From Auanema rhodensis (taxonomy: Eukaryota > Animalia > Nematoda): DNA of 64,000 nucleotides. The DNA lies in the NCBI GenBank assembly GCA_964057225.1, contig OZ059898.1, positions 10,044,001 to 10,108,000 of the forward strand. Reading direction: 5' to 3'. The notes beneath the pieces are model-generated. The model did not search any database. It had not been told where the DNA came from and was given only the letters and a program-made list of their open reading frames with translations. The position numbers and the translations under genes are program-made. Shown piece after piece: positions 59,901 to 64,000 of the stretch (positions are counted from its first letter, which is position 1; each line of letters begins with the position of its first letter).

Positions 59901-62831
59901 TAAGTTGTGTATATTACTGTCATTTGGATATTTGGGAAAGAGTATATAATTGCCCGTGGTTGATTGAAATATAGGTTGCGAAAAACATGATGTAATCTGT
60001 TTTGGAATTTGTTTATTGTCGATAACAAGGGCTGACTGCGTATTGGGAATCAGTATTATGCTGTCTCCAATGATGGCATCATATTCGCTCATGTCTATAT
60101 AGTTGCATCTCTGTTCGTATGATTGGATTTCCCAGATGATCATTGAAGTATTGGATGCGCATTGGCCATGATGTGCAAGACAGCCTTCCGTATTGAGTAA
60201 TAGATTTGTCAATATGGTGTCGTCTGGCATCCTGGTCATAACGCCTCTTTCCAAAACCAGTCGTTCTTTTTCTTCGCATTGTTCGTAATTGAATGAGCGC
60301 GCTGGAGAGAATGTAGGTTCGGTTGTCGCGTATGTCAAGCTATCCAATTTAATCAGGTCTTCTGATTTCCATTTACGGTCGCGGACAGCCAGTCTACATT
60401 CGTTTTCTGTTGTTGGCTCAATTCGAACAATGGAGGAGTTATGATCTCTTAAAAATAGCAAATCCCTGATGCATATTTTATGTATTTCTTTTGAACATCG
60501 CCATGAATCCCATTCGTGAGCCGTCTGGTTTCTTGTATACAGATGTATGTTTGTGCGGAGGACATGTTTGGTAGGTGGTATTGTGCATTTCCTCAGGGGT
60601 GGGGGTATAAGGAGGGCTCCACCTGTAGCTTTAGTGCACATCTGATAAGCATCAGTTATAGTGATTAGTGATAAGATCACTGATAAAGCTACTGCTAGTG
60701 TTAAGGGGGATATCAAGGTCAAATTATTGACTCTTGAGCCTCTTCCTCTACCTCTATTATTGTTGTTTCCCCTGAAGGGATTATTGCCGCGTTGACGGTT
60801 ATCACTCTCCTGATTACGTGATAAGTTGTTATTTCTTTGATACCAATTTGGATTTGAGAGATTTCTACCGCGATTACCAAGATTGCGGTTTCTTGCGAAA
60901 GAATTTTGCAAATTTTGTGGTTTCTGATTATTTGATGAATTTTGATAACTTTGATAATTTTGATAATTTTGATAGTTTCTATTGTTAAATGATTGATAGC
61001 CTCTACCGATTCCTCGCCTTCCGGTGTCGCGCCTGGGAGGGAATGTTCTATCGATTGCGTTAACCAGTAGCGCCTGAGGGTCGGCTACTTGGTTAGCAAT
61101 TGATTCCTCCCATCTGGCATTATCAATTGCCTCGGCAAACGTTTTTGGTTTAGCTCTGATTACCCCCGGGCGTATTGTGTTTTTGAGACCGCGTAGAAAG
61201 GTGGATCTAAGAATGTGGTCCTTGTGTGGGTCTGTATGTGAGAAAGCGTTTAAGCTTAGGCTTCGTAAAGTTTGTGCGAATCCATCCACTGATAGCTCGC
61301 CTTGGGTGGAATTCTGTAGCGTTATCAGCGCCGGATCTTGATTATACTCTGGGCATAGCCTAGAGGTAAGTTCTTCGATGAGTGTATTCCACGAGCCAGA
61401 TGTCTTGATAGTATCGCTAAGCTGTGTATAAGCTTCTTCAGCTCGTTCGTTTTTGAGAAGTAATGGTAAGATTGTTAATCTTTCGGGCATAACTAAGCCT
61501 AAGGCGTTTGCAAAGGTGTTAAACTTGGCCACGAAGTCTCTAAAGTTGCGACTTCCGTCGTATATAGGGCAATATGGGGAGCTTAATGCCTGAGCAATGG
61601 TAGATTTACCCGCTCCTGGAAGCCGTGATGTTTCGGTCATTTCGGATGAGATGCCCTCAGGGTATGTGATAGGTGATATTATCACTTCGCTCCTTGTTGG
61701 ATCTTGATGAGTGTTTTCTATTGCCTTAGGGTTTCTGCTAGAGGAGCCTATTATAGGTGTAGTTGTTGCGAAACGGGCTCTTGGAACCTGGATGACTTTA
61801 CCAGATGCCTGAGGCGATGTTCTATCAGTTGATCGTGAGCTAGGGATCGCACTATCTGATCTGTTAAGATAAGGATTATGTGAAGAAAACCGGGGTTTTG
61901 CTGTTCCGCCGGGTGTTGTTTTATCGCCTGGGGATAAGTTTAAAATCTTTATCAGTCGATTTGTTAAAGATCTTTTGTTTTTAAACTTATCAGTTGTTAA
62001 TGATAAGGGTGAAGCTTCTTGTATGCCTTCGAGGCTGGCTTCTACTGACAAAGTTTCTGTTGCGCGCTTACTGGGTGTTTTTGTCTTCCGCTTATTAGGG
62101 ATATTCTTTTTGATCTTATCAGTGATTTTTGATAAGGTTGAAGGGTTGTCACTAAGTTGGGTGGGTTCTAAAGTTAGCGAATGTGGTTGATTAATAGGCG
62201 TGGAAGACGCTTGCGGGCTTTGTGTTAACCCGAGGGATGGGGAAGGTGCGTTATCAGTGATAACTGATAAGTTCGACGCGTTTGGGTCTGAGGTTACCGG
62301 TGAGGCAGATGCGGTTGTCGGCTTTTTCTTTTGAATTTTTCGCAAATTTTTATTAGTATCAACTGAGCGTACCTTGGGATTTGTAGTTGGAGTTTGAGTG
62401 CTGTCGTCGGCTATGATGAAGTCCGGGTCTTCGTCGGTGTCGTCAGAAGGTGAATATGTACCTTCTCGGGGAGTATAGAACTTGTCGACTTGCGGCTTCG
62501 GCTTCTCGTCTGGTTGGTGCGGTTCTTCTATTTGAACACTGAGAAGTCGGGTGCGGCTTCGGGTACGACTTGCGACAGTAGCGTCACTGTTGATATCGGA
62601 CGGGTAAAGGGCTAGGAAAGCCGATGAGAATCTTTTGGCCACCTTTGTAGGACTTTTGGTTTGGAAAAACCGAAAATGGTGAGCTACGTGTGGGATGTTG
62701 ATGTAAGGTGCGTAAGATTCTTTTAGATGTGTGTTGGGAGAGAGAGAGATTCGGGAGCAATAGGATAGTCGTGCTTCGCTGGGCGATGCGGAGGGTAAAT
62801 GAGAGGGAGTTTTCCAAATCGTGGCCACCAA
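53910..62831 (-). CDS. gag-pol: Intact Gag-Env-PR-RT-RH-IN single polyprotein (start uncertain; first ATG at 61640)
   Basis: YDGS capsid, QGELSVDGF, RG/N-rich NC, signal peptide, gB-like ectodomain, TM, LWDSGSS, YLDD (56229-56240), RNase H, HHCC, DDE, GPY. Confidence 0.95.
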   Translation of the reverse strand: MVATIWKTPSHLPSASPSEARLSYCSRISLSPNTHLKESYAPYINIPHVAHHFRFFQTKSPTKVAKRFSSAFLALYPSDINSDATVASRTRSRTRLLSVQIEEPHQPDEKPKPQVDKFYTPREGTYSPSDDTDEDPDFIIADDSTQTPTTNPKVRSVDTNKNLRKIQKKKPTTASASPVTSDPNASNLSVITDNAPSPSLGLTQSPQASSTPINQPHSLTLEPTQLSDNPSTLSKITDKIKKNIPNKRKTKTPSKRATETLSVEASLEGIQEASPLSLTTDKFKNKRSLTNRLIKILNLSPGDKTTPGGTAKPRFSSHNPYLNRSDSAIPSSRSTDRTSPQASGKVIQVPRARFATTTPIIGSSSRNPKAIENTHQDPTRSEVIISPITYPEGISSEMTETSRLPGAGKSTIAQALSSPYCPIYDGSRNFRDFVAKFNTFANALGLVMPERLTILPLLLKNERAEEAYTQLSDTIKTSGSWNTLIEELTSRLCPEYNQDPALITLQNSTQGELSVDGFAQTLRSLSLNAFSHTDPHKDHILRSTFLRGLKNTIRPGVIRAKPKTFAEAIDNARWEESIANQVADPQALLVNAIDRTFPPRRDTGRRGIGRGYQSFNNRNYQNYQNYQSYQNSSNNQKPQNLQNSFARNRNLGNRGRNLSNPNWYQRNNNLSRNQESDNRQRGNNPFRGNNNNRGRGRGSRVNNLTLISPLTLAVALSVILSLITITDAYQMCTKATGGALLIPPPLRKCTIPPTKHVLRTNIHLYTRNQTAHEWDSWRCSKEIHKICIRDLLFLRDHNSSIVRIEPTTENECRLAVRDRKWKSEDLIKLDSLTYATTEPTFSPARSFNYEQCEEKERLVLERGVMTRMPDDTILTNLLLNTEGCLAHHGQCASNTSMIIWEIQSYEQRCNYIDMSEYDAIIGDSIILIPNTQSALVIDNKQIPKQITSCFSQPIFQSTTGNYILFPKYPNDSNIHNLIEREYKKLPAKRQKRAIAQCALQLDESWIKEQEDYETLTLNICPYLFLRPVMSNPGISQIIPIIRARRTIDPTYSIVKWISAHPEQFKFFLRSTTSDRSIERFLKIYEFYDPEEAMLQFFAQKELAATTRGAVKYLTSLQLLEQIGDRLTAEEFDEKILTKEGSYRERTESIALELAFTPTIFAQNNMSVPSKQEVLKAFVNMPPIRPVLSTNNEKEQLIIKETIDLYHQVLKLRTIKPNQTAARADDERFRHLPVPTIILPHIEKLYRDMENNFGIPVGPHQQTKSPNKYTRNLLIQTFLPLLEDKRTPPYSTRRLTDKTEYITTTTEVTKLIQDPQTTPEIDITQTITSTRAPTTVTLIYGVHKEQPITTFATVTDMSLRSQRKQRTSSPPLEIETKAVQAQAHYIGFKVNNEIQYKQNISQRIAQDHLQYATTLIQEELQKHFMESYESICEIQNRYLELWRSILQIEPTIAMRTILGREDIAARFVGSEIVHVHICLPIEPKTVHHSHKINETCYLETPVTTEDNKLYFAAPGSRDLLSYGKEIDCEHVPTDIYEKNGEWMNINGSAEVNPITLFDGAHQHKVTPLKFTGAHLYTNLSSRVYSMTTAIAYGASLASIRQNHVLNTIHNDPKITSAFILLKKGSDYISKATEFTTTAWNSIKQFLMGTIERTLILIGSTVLIIAAIIITIFAGKFYFFKAMPLPVMHIQRADNEPPGYEETLELVSRPDQPMPENIMKQYYPALVTFIPLAIPFIASIKSKETKLPLIYISVEDKLILALWDSGSSVSYVRLSTLKYLNMAQHVKKRRLVAMAANKTTFTLYGKINLNIEIAGYEIEHTFLVSNDCDCPAPALIGMDFMSTLDSENIDVSLKPSKKMLEIGNYALPPPIKQTAITVNIINLKKRIIQPDEESTIPIKADRPLKSNEVVILGDNGNALASSYPTAFRETSGVYVVFRNNTDKTLAMEANSVIGQATIGEVPSWQTIQEDPMQPYIPPEADWENKLPHFPRNFMNDLNLDKADLNNEDKHELTNIVKNHREAFLNEDRKIGLFKGPIEHTIPLRSDMDMPRSRITRIPLGKQEEVEKQVKEMLEQGIIEPSTSLFNSPAVLVKKKDETYRFVTDFRALNSVTRKQTYVIPSISDIVDMAAGAQFFSNFDLVSGFFQISLRKSDRHLTAFTTTSGTYQYKRMPMGLCGAPHTFQTAVRYLQSKCSCKLFVYLDDLLIISDTRKQHLEDIDELLHAVESLGMKIKLKKCAFAQPEVKFLGLIIGREGIKPDPQKVAAIQEYPAPKNATGVRAFLGMVGFFRKFIKDFASIASPLYDLTKTDTEFAWEKQHQEAVDRLKRSLTQAPVLSPPKSDRLFIIESDGSNIAVGAVLLQPEDQTQPLKHLHPIAFASRKLVKAERNYAPIEIEALGLVYALNQFRTYILGTHTICITDHRPLTSLLTRRDLFGRLAKFQLVIQEYDIEIRYREGQLNKVCDALSRYIGDEANDAKPEKKKKKNAESIRINTIDTPAIKEIQQNTLWIKKTIADIEYRTQKKMVSNDRYCVINGLLYTKPTDKKPHPAIVVPQDHPIKDEIIELFHEDPTIAAHQGINKTKEAILRRFYWTNMQNDIMIYIKNCIKCAQRKKDPHSMTVQPIGQFEIPTKPFERVHMDVMGPFPPSKRNCTYVITIQDAFTKWSTTIAVPQITTEITIDRFLRNFVYIYGPPHRLITDRGSNFVSQKFEEMCTKLGIQHEPTLPHQKNSNGQVERLHRTLEEGLTHYLKEDLSDWDSVLPKITFAINNIQHATTGIAPYVALFGKECRMKIDAELPGTITKIKEISEELLTRRPQMMKIDQIIRERIAQNQENARKKKDRTQRTHERNIQPGDMVMTTIKSHKIGQKLRKSYDGPYEVINVQGSKVQIRNSSGKIQDIHKDNLKLFSNATQNITHNTRSNTRNNHEEEEEDSDIEILRVIKRNEQDNTDSEPESENEDGDELWLPRMKNQKEKA
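57810..60722 (-). other. env: Env-like class III fusion glycoprotein domain inside polyprotein 2
   Basis: Signal LTLAVALSVILSLITITDA|YQMC; KRQKR (59856-59870); Thr-rich tract; ICEIQN..W..IEP..CLPI..CY..PV..P.SR..IDC; TM TLILIGSTVLIIAAIIITIFAG. Confidence 0.82.
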
Positions 62832-64000
62832 TCTGACTCCGCCTATCTACCGTAAGCTTATTATAGTTAATGATGTTTATCTCTTCTCAAAAACTATTTT
62901 AATCCGCTCTTGCACTTTCCTCTAATTTTGTTTTCTTACTGCTCTAGAATCTTCAAAAAAAAAACTTTATTCATGTCGTCCCCTTTGTACTTTTGCGGCC
63001 TTTGGACATTTATTTTAAGGTTAGAAACAAAAGAAAAGAAAAGAAAGAAAGAAAAAAAATGGATTTCCAACGTTATAATCCCACTGGCATGACTTATGTC
63101 CTGTGGAAATTATACGAATCCATCGTTGAATACGATGGAGAAGGAGTTTTGGCTTATAGGCCACATCCTGATATAATTTTGATGGTTTGTGTATCTCCAT
63201 TTTATGTTTGATTATTTGATTACTTTAGTTTATCGAAGATCTCCAAATGTATTATTTGGGGCAGGGCCATATAAACTTTGCCACCTTCGTAGATGTAGCT
63301 CCCGAAGTGGAGCTTGTTGGTCGAAGGTGCTTAGTTGATCTATGCGCTCATGTATATAATGGTAGGGCCGGTTTATTAACCGTACGTCCTTGGGCCTGGT
63401 ACCGGGAAAAGAGTCATTTTTATTATTATTTATTATATAGATTATTGTTTAAAATCTATATTGTTTATGATGACTCATTATTTGGTTTGGAACTTAGGGT
63501 TTCGCGAGGTTTAGAATATAGTGAAGATTTAATTGCGAGCGAAACTCCTATGTTTCTTGCCTCTGAGTTTCGAACTCGGTTGCAAATCAAATATGGGTAT
63601 TGACTGAATAAAGTTTGTACTCTGTGTTTTTATTTTTGTGCACTTTGCTCTGTTTTCGTCAAGAAAATGGACTTATGTTTGCAATCTTTTCCTCATTCCT
63701 TTTCCCTTAAATAGCATGTTTTGCTCAAAATGTTTTCGACATTGTGCATGCTAATGAGGTTTGAGGAGAGTTATTGAAAAGGCTGTCCTTTTTCTTGATC
63801 AAAATAAGCAAAAGTGCGTTTTCCTAAGCGAATTTCTTTTTAAAATGAGAAAAATACGTCTATTTTTAAACATTTCCAATTTACTTAGGATTACTGTAGG
63901 AGATAAGGGGTATCTTATGAGTTGAAACAACGAAATGATTTGAGGAAGGTGACATAATCTACGGGGATAAAATCCGTAGCAGTTATGCTTCCGCCAACTT

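Larger units (their letters stand above)
52871..64000 (-). mobile_element. Second, divergent Ty3/Gypsy element with internal env (element 2); 5' end beyond the window
   Basis: Abrupt satellite break at 52870/52871; polyprotein collinear with that of element 1. Confidence 0.95.

Noticed and set aside
63247-63603. 118-aa + strand ORF in the element 2 leader
   Set aside because: Antisense, no recognisable motif, no counterpart in element 1

Overview
Eukaryotic, very AT-rich DNA (nematode-like by element type; host not determinable from sequence). About 40.6 kb (1-9642 and 21892-52870) is a ~231-bp satellite with higher-order duplications, punctuated by 31 co-oriented minus-strand tRNA-Gly(GCC) genes, each in a ~171-bp cassette at the same point of the monomer. 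Two divergent Ty3/Gypsy LTR retroelements are inserted in opposite orientations at exactly the same offset, 62 bp upstream of a tRNA-Gly gene. Element 1 (9643-21891, +) is complete: apparently identical 413-bp LTRs, AGAA target-site duplication, tRNA-Gln PBS, one in-frame TAG in RT and an extra 200-aa ORF. Element 2 (52871->64000, -) has an intact 2973-codon frame; its 5' LTR is outside the window. Both encode one polyprotein ordered Gag - internal signal peptide - class III (herpes gB/chuvirus-like) fusion glycoprotein with a conserved unknown insert and mucin-like tract - TM - protease - RT - RNase H - integrase, so env sits inside gag-pol. Both have LTR 3' ends in CG instead of CA and U5 sequence complementary to the 5' end of tRNA-Gln. 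Best candidate system: a clade of tRNA-gene-targeting, enveloped endogenous retroelements. All short ORFs in the satellite are artefacts.
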